Source: Alphaproteobacteria bacterium (GTDB taxonomy: Bacteria; Pseudomonadota; Alphaproteobacteria; SP197). Taken from it: a stretch of 64,000 nt of DNA. Made by a program: the position numbers and the translations under genes. Under the pieces are notes generated by a model. That model searched no databases, was not told the origin of the DNA, and saw only the letters and a list, made by a program, of their open reading frames with translations. Positions 1-8,840 of the stretch are shown piece by piece. The stretch covers positions 1,376,001 through 1,440,000 of the forward strand of contig OZ219747.1 in NCBI GenBank assembly GCA_964291265.2, given 5' to 3'. Each line of letters opens with the position of its first letter. Position 1 is the stretch's first letter.

Positions 1-264
1 GAGGTGGTTGGTGAGAGACGGTGAAGGAGCGAGTAAGGATCATGACGCGGACAAGTTCCATGAGCGAAAGACCCGGACGTCATGGGCCGAGGAGACTGGT
101 TCACTGGCTCAACCTGACGGGAGAAAGGAAGGTCCACTCACTGGTGGGATCGCTTGATCTCACTGGTCCCTTCCCTGAACCTTCGAAGAGACCCCCCTGT
201 GAAAGCGGCTTACGGGAAAACCGTACGGGCCGTTTGAGCGGCGGACGGAGGCCAGCCCTGCGGG
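1..264 (+). mobile_element. 3' remnant of a second, internally deleted group II intron nested in copy 1
   Basis: Separate DV hairpin AAGCGGC-TTACGG-GAAA-ACCGTA-CG-GGCCGTTT at 203-235; RT N-terminal-like peptide GERKVHSLV joined to C-terminal-like LISLVPSL; host intron sequence (GTGAAGGCGGCGAACAAG) resumes at about 268. Confidence 0.7.
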
Positions 265-267
265 CCG

Positions 268-1713
268 GTGAAGGCGGCGAACAAGGGAGCGTCAGCTTCT
301 GCGGAGTCGCCGGAGGAAAGGGCCTCAACCAAGGGGAATCCGGGACGCCAAAGCACGCACCGAACGCAGTGTCGGGCAAGTGTGCCACAGGCGGCGGACC
401 GGATACGGGAAGCTGCAGAGAGGAACCCGAAGGAGCGTCTCACTGCACTCTTCCATCACATTACGCCGGATGCGCTCCGGGCGGCCTACTTCGGTTTGAA
501 GAAGGAAGCCTCGGCAGGTGTCGACGGCGTGACGTGGGCGGCGTATGGCGAGGGTCTGGACGAGCGCTTGCTTGATCTGCACTCGCGCCTGCATCGTGGG
601 GGAGCGTACCGGGCGCCGCCGGTTCGGCGGGTTGAGATACCCAAGCCGGACGGCGGGGCACGACCGCTCGGGATTGCCGCACTGGAGGACAAGATCGTTC
701 AGAAGGCGGTTGTGGATGTGATCCTGACACCGATTTATGAGGTGGAGTTCCTTGGCTTCAGCTACGGGTTCCGACCGGGCCGAGGGGCGCATGACGCTCT
801 CGACGCCCTGGCGTTCGAGATCGAGCGGCGCAAGGTCAACTGGATAGTCGACGCGGACATTCAGGGGTACTTCGACACAATCCCGAGGGATTGGTTGATC
901 AAGTTCCTGGAGCATCGCATTGGCGACAGGCGGGTGATCCGTCTGATCCGCAAGTGGCTGAACGCTGGCGTCATGACCGACGGATCATGGAGCGATACCG
1001 GTGCGGGCACGCCTCAGGGTGCCATTGTCAGCCCCTGCCTGGCGAACGTGTTTCTGCACTACGTGCTCGATCTGTGGTTTCACAAGGCATGGCGTCCGAA
1101 GGTTCCGAACGGTGAAGCGATCATTGTCCGCTACGCGGACGATATTGTGGTCGGGTTCCAGCACAAGCGGGATGCGGAGACATACCTTCGCGACGTTCGG
1201 GAGAGGCTGGACCGCTTTGGTCTCACCCTTTACCCGGACAAGACCCGTCTCGTCGAGTTTGGCCGGTTTGCCAAGGCGAACCGGCGATCTCGCGGGGCGG
1301 GCAGGCCGGAGACGTTCGACTTCCTGGGCTTCACGCACTTCTGCACGGAGACCCGGAGAGGACGCTTCAGGCTTGGTCGCAAGCCGGTCGCAAAACGGGT
1401 CGCAAGGACCCTGGCGCGCATCGAGGAGGTGCTTCGCAATCGACGGCATCACGACATATGGGAGGTCGGCATGTGGCTTGGGCGGGTCTGTCATGGCTGG
1501 TTCAACTACTTCGCCGTCCCGGGGTCGACCCGATGGCTGCGCACGTTCCGCCACAGGCTGCAACGCCTATGGCTGCGAGCGATCCGCCGCCGCTCCCAGC
1601 GCCACCGTTTTGACTGGAAGCGACTGGAGCGCATGACCGAGCTTCTTTGGCCGCGCGTCTCCATCCGCCACCCATGGCCGATCCAGCGGTTTACCGTCAA
1701 GCACCCGAGGTAG
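268..1713 (+). CDS. ltrA: Group II intron reverse transcriptase/maturase without endonuclease domain (true start may be GTG 382)
   Basis: SAGVDG, RPLGI, SYGFRPGR, DADIQGYFD, GTPQG, YADD, FDFLGFT and maturase X domain; uninterrupted ORF. Confidence 0.95.
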   Translation: MKAANKGASASAESPEERASTKGNPGRQSTHRTQCRASVPQAADRIREAAERNPKERLTALFHHITPDALRAAYFGLKKEASAGVDGVTWAAYGEGLDERLLDLHSRLHRGGAYRAPPVRRVEIPKPDGGARPLGIAALEDKIVQKAVVDVILTPIYEVEFLGFSYGFRPGRGAHDALDALAFEIERRKVNWIVDADIQGYFDTIPRDWLIKFLEHRIGDRRVIRLIRKWLNAGVMTDGSWSDTGAGTPQGAIVSPCLANVFLHYVLDLWFHKAWRPKVPNGEAIIVRYADDIVVGFQHKRDAETYLRDVRERLDRFGLTLYPDKTRLVEFGRFAKANRRSRGAGRPETFDFLGFTHFCTETRRGRFRLGRKPVAKRVARTLARIEEVLRNRRHHDIWEVGMWLGRVCHGWFNYFAVPGSTRWLRTFRHRLQRLWLRAIRRRSQRHRFDWKRLERMTELLWPRVSIRHPWPIQRFTVKHPR

Positions 1714-1785
1714 GAGCCGGATGGATTAACGTCCAAGTCCGGATCTGTGCGGGGGGTGCGCAGTAATGCGCATCCCTACCGCGAC

Positions 1786-2583
1786 GATGATCTCTGCGAC
1801 ATGATCGAGGAAGCTCTCGAAGCGCCGGGCGGTGCGCCTGCCCATGGCGGCGATGGTGGCGGTTGAGATCCTGACGGCGAAGAGGTCGCTCATGACCTCG
1901 GCGACGCGCTTCTCGGGAATGAACTGGGCGTGCAACAGGTAGGTCACCCAGGCGGTGATGCGCGGCCCGTACTGGACCGGGGCGCTCACGCCGTGCGGGA
2001 AGGCGGCTGTTGTCACGGCGCCGCAGGCGGCGCAGAGACAGCGATGGGCGCGATGTTCGGTGACCTCGAGGGGCTGCGGCTCGGGCATGTCGAAGACCTG
2101 CCGACAGACGGGTTCTGCGTGACGGTCATCATCCGACAGCGCCGCGCCGCAGCCCTTACAGGCAGACGGAGCATGATCGACGACGTGGTCCGGGTTCTCG
2201 GCCTGCTTCAGGGTGACTCCCTCGTGGCCGCGCTGACCGCCACTGGGCCTGTCGGACTTGCCGCGCTGGCTCCGGGTGCGCTTCTGTCGGTTTCCGCTCT
2301 TCTTCTTCGGACCGTCGCTGGCCGGTGGCTTGGAGCTGGTGGAGCTGTCGAGCGCGGCGCTGCGCTCGAGTGCATCAATCCGTTCGCGCAAGCCGGTGTT
2401 CTCCCGCTCCAGCGCCTCGATCTCCCCGACCAGCGTCTCACTCAGGCGCAACATCCCCTGGCCCCAATCCCGGAGGGCCTTGACGGCAGTCACGGCGAAG
2501 GGGTGTGGACTGAACAGGTCCTGAAGGCCCACGAAGGCCTCGTCCTGGGCGGCGATGTCCTCGCGCCAGCGCGAGACGGTCAC
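1786..2583 (-). pseudogene. tnpC: IS66 transposase TnpC, N-terminal part, interrupted by group II intron
   Basis: Leucine zipper, SSKPPASD, GGQRGHEG, CxxC zinc motifs, RQVFD, PVQYGP; GTG start overlaps the MTase stop (GTGA). Confidence 0.88.
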
Positions 2584-3248
2584 GAACCCTCCCCGGCCTC
2601 GACGGCCATGATCGCCGCCAGCACGGCCAGACGTTCCCCCGGCGGCATGGCCTCGTAGCGCCGCCCCCAGTTGGCCGCCTTGCGCTTGATGCACTGGCGG
2701 GCGGTGAAGTTCCGCCCCGCGTAGCGCGACCAGTGCACCCGGTCGGGAGCAAAGTTGAACCATACCACCTCGGTCCGCACCTGGGCCTGGGTCGTCACCT
2801 GTAGCGCCACCCGGCGCCAGCCCGCCAGAAGATCGTCATAGAGCGCAGACGGGTGGCCCGAGACCATCACCTGACAGGGCAGGCCCTTGAGCAGTTCAAG
2901 GAGCGCAACATGGTCCGCCTCCTCGTACTCGAAGCGGTAGCGCCGCGACGAACGCCGCGTCGCGTGCAGATAGGGCGGATCGCTGTAGACCAGCTCCGGA
3001 CCCAGAAACGGGAACGAAGCCAGGAAGGAGTGAGCACAGCCGTGCACCAACTCCACCGGATAAGCGCACTCAAAGGCCTCAAGCGCACGCTCATCACGGT
3101 CAATCCCGATCGAGCGCACAGACGCAGCCTTGCGCTTCATCAGCGCTCCGCCCCCCAGATGGCTCTCAATGTAGACAGAGTGCGGCGGCATCAGCGCAAT
3201 CAGCGCCTGGCACAAACCCGGCGTCGCCTTCGATCCGAAATACCCCAA
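2580..3248 (-). CDS. Compact Dam-like (D12 class) DNA adenine methyltransferase
   Basis: YFGSK, ESHLGGGA (motif I), GIDRD, LVYSDPPY (motif IV), MVSG, TEVVWFNF. Confidence 0.88.
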   Translation of the reverse strand: MGYFGSKATPGLCQALIALMPPHSVYIESHLGGGALMKRKAASVRSIGIDRDERALEAFECAYPVELVHGCAHSFLASFPFLGPELVYSDPPYLHATRRSSRRYRFEYEEADHVALLELLKGLPCQVMVSGHPSALYDDLLAGWRRVALQVTTQAQVRTEVVWFNFAPDRVHWSRYAGRNFTARQCIKRKAANWGRRYEAMPPGERLAVLAAIMAVEAGEGS

Positions 3249-3276
3249 CGGCCGCTCCCCTCATGACAAAGAGCAA

Positions 3277-3305
3277 CTCATAGACTCACCGGCCTAGTAA
3301 GTCAA
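3277..3305 (-). promoter_or_regulatory. sigma70-like promoter of element A MTase
   Basis: TTGACT-N17-TATGAG, about 30 bp upstream of the start; contains TAG-N10-CTA. Confidence 0.55.
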
Positions 3306-3980
3306 GACGCGCAGAATCAACAAACCGACGACACCAAAACCGCACCCAACGCAACCAACGTCAACACAGACTCAGACCTGACGAGGTACCTGGGTAGTTA
3401 CGAACATCCTGAAGCTCAGCGAAGAGGTACGGGAAACCAGCGCTGAGGCGCTCGCAAAGGTCTGGTCCTGGCGCGCTAGACGACGTCAGCTCACCGTCCT
3501 GCCGGTACCAGCGAGGAACGCCGCCCCGTCTTCTTCGAACAGCGCCGCCCGGCCAGGGTGGGGGCGTGGAGGAAGTGCTGCCGGACCATCAGTTCGTTCC
3601 GCTGCGCCCGTTCGGCATCCCCGCGCACCGGCACATCCCGCAGCTTATCACCGCCTGGCCGAGCCGGCGGGTCTGTACATGCCGCCGGAGAACGGAAGGC
3701 GCTGGCAATCCCTCGGACTTGCCCTGCGGATGCGAGCGGTGTCAGGGCCGCGACACGGCTTGATGCCCGCTCCCGTGCGCGTCATGCATGTCGAAATGCC
3801 GGCAGGCTTACCCCGCCAGGCGATTTCGGCTAGCATGGCTGCTCTCGGCCACGACCGACTTGCAGCCGTTGGGTCTGGCCCCCGAGGATACGCTTGATCG
3901 GGATGTGCGCTTCCATGGATGGGCGTGTGCACCCTGCGGCATGAGATGTTCAGCACGATTTGTGACCGAGGGGCAGGCCC

Positions 3981-4859
3981 ATGCCACTGAATTACCTTGA
4001 TCGATCCGCCGACCCCGAGGCCATCAAGGCGGCTCTCAGCCGCGACGGCGTGGTGGCCGTGGTGAACCTGGTCGACGAAGACCTGGCCGACAGGGTGGCC
4101 GCGGAACTGCGGCCCGAACTCGATGCCAGGGGTCTCGAGACGGCCAGCGCCTTCAATGGTGACCTGACCAACCGCTACGGCGGTGTGTTACGGACGGCAC
4201 CAAGCGCGGCCGCGCTGGTCGAGCATGACCTCGTGATCGACATCGCGAACCACGTCTTCCTGCCCCATGCCGCGACATACCGGATCAGCAGCCTGACGGC
4301 GATCGAGATCATGCCCGGAGAAACGCACCAGGCGCTCCATCGCGACGACACGGTCTATCCGATCGACATCGCCGGCATGGAAATGACCCTGGGCGTGATG
4401 TGGTCCCTCTGCGACTTCACCGAAGAGAACGGCGGCACGCGGGTGGTCCCCAACAGCCATCGCCTGCTGCGCTCATGGCACCTTCCGGATGTATCGAAGT
4501 GGGAGGCCACGGTCATGCCGAAGGGCTCGGCCGTCTTCTACCTGGGGTCGACCTGGCACGGTGGCGGCGCCAACCGAAGCAGCACGCCACGCCTCGGGCT
4601 GGTCAACAGCTACTGCCTGGGATGGCTGCGTCCGGAGGTCAACCAGTACCTGATCACGCCGCCCGAGGTGGCGGCGCAGTACAGCCCCCGCGTGCGCGCG
4701 CTGCTGGGTTACATGGTTCACGACTCGGGCGACGACCTGTGCGGCAGCTATCGCGGCGACTGCTCGGCCTGGGTCGACACGCCGCCTGATCCGGCGTGGA
4801 ACAACGCGCGTGGCACGGTGGGCACGATGGAGGACGCGAGGGCGCAGGGCGGAGGCTGA
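3981..4859 (+). CDS. Phytanoyl-CoA dioxygenase (PhyH) family Fe/2OG oxygenase
   Basis: QALHRDD (HxD), DFTEENGGTRVVP, WHGGGAN, GWLRPEVNQ. Confidence 0.9.
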   Translation: MPLNYLDRSADPEAIKAALSRDGVVAVVNLVDEDLADRVAAELRPELDARGLETASAFNGDLTNRYGGVLRTAPSAAALVEHDLVIDIANHVFLPHAATYRISSLTAIEIMPGETHQALHRDDTVYPIDIAGMEMTLGVMWSLCDFTEENGGTRVVPNSHRLLRSWHLPDVSKWEATVMPKGSAVFYLGSTWHGGGANRSSTPRLGLVNSYCLGWLRPEVNQYLITPPEVAAQYSPRVRALLGYMVHDSGDDLCGSYRGDCSAWVDTPPDPAWNNARGTVGTMEDARAQGGG

Positions 4860-4921
4860 CCTGGACGATCACGCCGACTATGATGACCCGTTGATGTCAA
4901 CAACCGAATGGGGAGGTTCTT

Positions 4922-6088
4922 GTGACATTGAATCCACTGATGGAAACGACCCGTTTCCACGACCTGCTGTGCGAAGGCAAGCTGACGAGGCGTGACGCCC
5001 ACCGTGTCATGGCATCCTTCGGTATCGGCTCGCTGACAGCGCACACCCTGGGAGGCAATGCGCTCGCTCAGGACATCGACGAGGACCACCCGATTTTCTT
5101 CACCTGGGGCGGCTATGACGAACCGGAGTTCATGGTCCACTACACCGCGAAGTACGGCCGCGAGCCGAATTACCACCTCTTCGCATCCGAAGACGAGGCC
5201 TTCGCCAAGATGTGGGGCGGCTTCGAACCGCACGTGACCTACCCGTGCGGTCCCTCGCTCAAGCTCTGGTACGACGCGGGCCTCCTAGCGCCGATCGAGA
5301 CCGACCGGCTTTCGAACTGGCCCGACGTCATGCAGGTCTTCAAGGATGTGCCCCACTCGGTGGTGGACGGCGTGCGGGTCTATGTGCCGGAGGACTGGGG
5401 TCAGACCTCGATGGTCATCCGCACCGACATCGCACCGGAATACGCTGATCCCGAGGACCAGACATGGCTGGCGCTGTGGGACGAGAAGTACTCCGGCCGC
5501 CTCTCGATCTCCAACCACTCCTACGAGGCCTTCGCCATCGCGGCCCTCGTCCTGGGTATCAGCCCCTGGAACATGAACGAGGCCGAACGCATCCAGTGCG
5601 AGGATCTCCTGCGCGGGCAGATGCCGCTCAACCGCGGCCTCGAGTCCTCATCCACGGAGCGTAGTCAGGCGGTGGCGGCGGGTGAACTCGTGATATCGAC
5701 GAACGACAACGGGATCGTTGCGCAACTCGCAGCGCACGCCGAAGACACCCCGATGGAGTTCACCTGGACCACGCCCAGGGAGGGTGCACTGACGTGGCAT
5801 TGCGGCCTGTGCATCCATCCCGCCGCGATCAGGGACGGTTTCTACGAGAAGGCGCACGAGATCATCGACTCCTTCATTTCGCCCGAAGCCGGGGCCTACG
5901 AGATCGGCAACTGGTACTACGGGCACTCTAACGTGAAATCCTACGAGGGGTTCGACGAGGAATTCCTCAACTCGATCGGTCAGACCAGGCACGTCGAGAA
6001 GTTCCTCGCCACCGCCCAGTTCCAGCAGACGATGAACGAGCCCGAAGTGCTTGCCAACCGCTGGGAAGAACTGAAGGCCGGGTTCTGA
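4922..6088 (+). CDS. Polyamine-type (PotD/PotF-like) ABC substrate-binding protein
   Basis: Tat-like LTRR leader, FTWGGY, VPEDWG, LWDEKYSGR, PREGALTW. Confidence 0.8.
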   Translation: MTLNPLMETTRFHDLLCEGKLTRRDAHRVMASFGIGSLTAHTLGGNALAQDIDEDHPIFFTWGGYDEPEFMVHYTAKYGREPNYHLFASEDEAFAKMWGGFEPHVTYPCGPSLKLWYDAGLLAPIETDRLSNWPDVMQVFKDVPHSVVDGVRVYVPEDWGQTSMVIRTDIAPEYADPEDQTWLALWDEKYSGRLSISNHSYEAFAIAALVLGISPWNMNEAERIQCEDLLRGQMPLNRGLESSSTERSQAVAAGELVISTNDNGIVAQLAAHAEDTPMEFTWTTPREGALTWHCGLCIHPAAIRDGFYEKAHEIIDSFISPEAGAYEIGNWYYGHSNVKSYEGFDEEFLNSIGQTRHVEKFLATAQFQQTMNEPEVLANRWEELKAGF

Positions 6089-6116
6089 GCCGCTCGTTCA
6101 TCTGACGATGGCCTCG

Positions 6117-6146
6117 GGCCCGGCATCGGCAATGCCGGGCCTGTTG
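6117..6146 (+). terminator. Probable intrinsic terminator
   Basis: Stem GGCCCGGCAT / ATGCCGGGCC after the stop; weak U tract. Confidence 0.5.
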
Positions 6147-6893
6147 CTCCCTCACACGGACAGGGACATGGCCGGCTCTTGTCGTTCGGCGTTGAGATGT
6201 CTCCGCGACCGGTTCAACTGACGTCGATCACGGCATCGTTGCCATGCCGTTCGAGAACGACGGGGAGGACGGGTCCCCATCATCGCGCCACCGGGGCGTG
6301 GCGAGGAGTGTTCGCTTGGCCTGATCGAACCCCCTTGGACGTGCCTTGTATCGGTGCAGCATGGACCACATGGGCACGGTCGAGTCGAGACTCGGATCCG
6401 CCATGGCATGGGATTTGACACATCTGAGTCGGAGTGCGCAGGGTGACCGGCCGACGTTCGGGCCGGGAACTGGTCACGCCTGTCCGACGCCGGGCGATTC
6501 CGCGACGCCTTGCCCTTGTTCGCTTAAGGACCTCGAGGCGTGTTGGTCCGACACCCGGGAGCATGTCCGCGTCCCCGGGAACTTCATGGCCGCTGAGCGA
6601 GCACGACCCGATGTCTTAGCGCTGCACGGACCGGCGAATCGAGGAGTGTGCCGGTCGCGGTGACCGGACATCGGCACTGACCGCGTTGTTGAAAGTTGTT
6701 GTTCGTCATCGCGCTTAGATGGTGATATCGCCGCCGTCGAGGAGTCTGTCGGCGAGAACGGTAAGCCGCCACTCGATCGTTCAAGCCCGGGCGGAGTCTT
6801 GCTGGATCTGTTTTCGCTATCGTGCGCCCTCCGCGGCAGCCATGGCACGAGCAGGGGTCGATTCCTGAGAGCCGACGTCCGGTAGGTGGGTGA

Positions 6894-6981
6894 TGGCGGA
6901 GGGGACGGGATTCGAACCCGTGAGGGCTTTCGCCCAACACGCTTTCCAGGCGTGCGCCTTAGACCGCTCGGCCACCCCTCC
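6894..6981 (-). tRNA. tRNA-Ser(GGA)
   Basis: GGAGGGGTGGCCGAGCGG...CACGC-CTGGAAA-GCGTG, long variable arm, GGTTCGAATCC, encoded CCA. Confidence 0.97.
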
Positions 6982-7034
6982 GTCTCGGCAGACAGCGGTG
7001 AACCTAGCGACTGCAGCGGATGCCGACAAGAGGT

Positions 7035-8837
7035 TCAGTCGGCGAGCTTGAGGGCGGCGAGAAAGGCGTCCTGGGGAATCTCGACATTGCCGAACTGGCG
7101 CATCCGCTTCTTTCCCCTCTTCTGGCGGTCAAGCAGCTTGCGCTTGCGGCTGACGTCGCCGCCATAGCACTTCGCCAGCACATCCTTGCGCAGGGCCGAG
7201 AGGGTCTCGCGGGCAATGATCCTGCCGCCGATGGCAGCCTGGATCGGCACCTTGAAGAGCTGCCGCGGGATGGCATCCTTGAGTTTTTCGCAGATCACGC
7301 GGCCACGGGCCTCGGCCCGGCTGCGTTCCGCGATGAGGCTCAGTCCGTCGACCTGCTCACCGTTGACGAGGATGTCGATGCGCACGAGGTCGCCCTCGAG
7401 ATAGCCGTCGAGATGGTAGTCGAAACTCGCATAGCCGCTCGACACGGACTTGAGGCGGTCATGGAAGTCGAAGACGACCTCGGCGAGAGGCAGGCGGTAG
7501 ATCACCATCGCCCGGCCTCCGACATAGGTCAGATCGACTTGTTCGCCGCGTCTGGAGGTGACGAGACGCAGCACCGCGCCAAGATAGGTGTCCGGGACCA
7601 TGATGGTGGCCCGGATCCACGGCTCCTCGATGGTCTCGATCAGTGTCGGATCGGGAAGATCCGCCGGGTTGTGGAGATCGAAGGCCTCCCCTGTCTTGCG
7701 CGTCACCCGGTAGACGACACTGGGGGCCGTGGCCAGGAGGTCCAGTCCGAACTCGCGCTCGAGCCTCTCCTGGATGATCTCGAGGTGCAGGACGCCGAGA
7801 AAGCCGCAGCGGAATCCGAACCCCAGGGCGGCCGAGTTTTCGGGCTCGAAGTGGAAGCTTGCGTCGTTGAGTCCCAGTTTGCCGAGACTCTCGCGCAGTT
7901 CGTTGTAGTCGCCGGAATCGCTGGTGAAGAGACCGCAGAAGACAACCGGCACGCTCGGTGCGAAACCCTCGAGCGCGGTGGCCGTGGGATGGCGGTCATC
8001 GGTGATCGTGTCACCGATCCGGCACTCGGCGATATCCTTGATGGCGGCGGTGATGAAGCCGATCTCCCCGGGACCGAGAGAGTCGACGAGGACGGCCTTG
8101 GGCGTCATGATTCCCACCCGGTCGACCTCGCGCACCGCGCCCGTCCCCAGCATCCTGATTTTCTGGCGTTTCTCGAGATGGCCGTCGAAGACGCGCACGA
8201 GGATGACGACACCGAGATAGGGGTCGTACCAGGAATCCACCAGGAGGGCCTTGAGAGGCCGATCCTCTCCGCCGCTCACCGGCGGCGGCAGGTGGGCGAT
8301 GATGGCCCGGATAACCTCCGGCACATTGGTTCCGGTCTTGGCGGAGACAGGAATGGCGTTCGAGGCGTCGATGCCGATCGAACTCTCCACGTCACGCCGG
8401 GTTCGTTCCGTGTCAGCGGCGATGAGATCGGTCTTGTTGATGACGGGGAGGATCTCGAGGTCCGCCTCGATTGCCAGGTAGGCATTGGCAACCGTCTGTG
8501 CCTCGACTCCCTGCGTGGCGTCGACGATGAGGACGGCGCCCTCACAGGCACGCATGCTGCGGCTGACCTCGTAGGTGAAGTCGACATGGCCAGGGGTATC
8601 GATGAGATTGATGAGCCAGGATTCTCCGTTGTCATCGTCCCAGGTGAGGCGGACCGTCTGAGCCTTGATGGTGATGCCGCGTTCCCTCTCGAGATCCATG
8701 GCGTCGAGGACCTGGCCACGCATTTCACGCTCGTCGAGGCCGCCACAGGCTTCGATCAGGCGATCGGCCAGTGTCGACTTTCCATGATCGATGTGGGCGA
8801 TGATCGCGACATTACGGATGTGGTCGAATGTCACCAT
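7035..8837 (-). CDS. lepA: Translation elongation factor 4
   Basis: [37 protein letters not shown]. Confidence 0.98.
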   Translation of the reverse strand: MVTFDHIRNVAIIAHIDHGKSTLADRLIEACGGLDEREMRGQVLDAMDLERERGITIKAQTVRLTWDDDNGESWLINLIDTPGHVDFTYEVSRSMRACEGAVLIVDATQGVEAQTVANAYLAIEADLEILPVINKTDLIAADTERTRRDVESSIGIDASNAIPVSAKTGTNVPEVIRAIIAHLPPPVSGGEDRPLKALLVDSWYDPYLGVVILVRVFDGHLEKRQKIRMLGTGAVREVDRVGIMTPKAVLVDSLGPGEIGFITAAIKDIAECRIGDTITDDRHPTATALEGFAPSVPVVFCGLFTSDSGDYNELRESLGKLGLNDASFHFEPENSAALGFGFRCGFLGVLHLEIIQERLEREFGLDLLATAPSVVYRVTRKTGEAFDLHNPADLPDPTLIETIEEPWIRATIMVPDTYLGAVLRLVTSRRGEQVDLTYVGGRAMVIYRLPLAEVVFDFHDRLKSVSSGYASFDYHLDGYLEGDLVRIDILVNGEQVDGLSLIAERSRAEARGRVICEKLKDAIPRQLFKVPIQAAIGGRIIARETLSALRKDVLAKCYGGDVSRKRKLLDRQKRGKKRMRQFGNVEIPQDAFLAALKLAD

Positions 8838-8840
8838 GGA

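Larger units (their letters stand above)
1..1785 (+). mobile_element. Group II intron (probably bacterial class E), copy 1; 5' part lies outside the window; inserted antisense into IS66 tnpC
   Basis: RT ORF followed by DV (GAGCCGGATGGATTAACGTCCAAGTCCGGATC) and DVI ending CCCTACCGCGAC at 1785; IS66 tnpC sequence resumes at 1786. Confidence 0.92.
1786..3401 (-). mobile_element. IS66-family element A (methyltransferase + tnpC), left end at 3401, interrupted by the intron
   Basis: Terminus GTAACTACCCAG on the minus strand resembles the GTAACTACTCAC ends of element B. Confidence 0.85.

Noticed and set aside
21-575. 184-aa ORF as a real gene
   Set aside because: Chimeric read-through of nested intron remnant and host intron RNA domains.
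268-1713. RT as retron, DGR or defence RT
   Set aside because: It has a maturase X domain and is followed by DV/DVI; no msr-msd, TR/VR or avd is visible.
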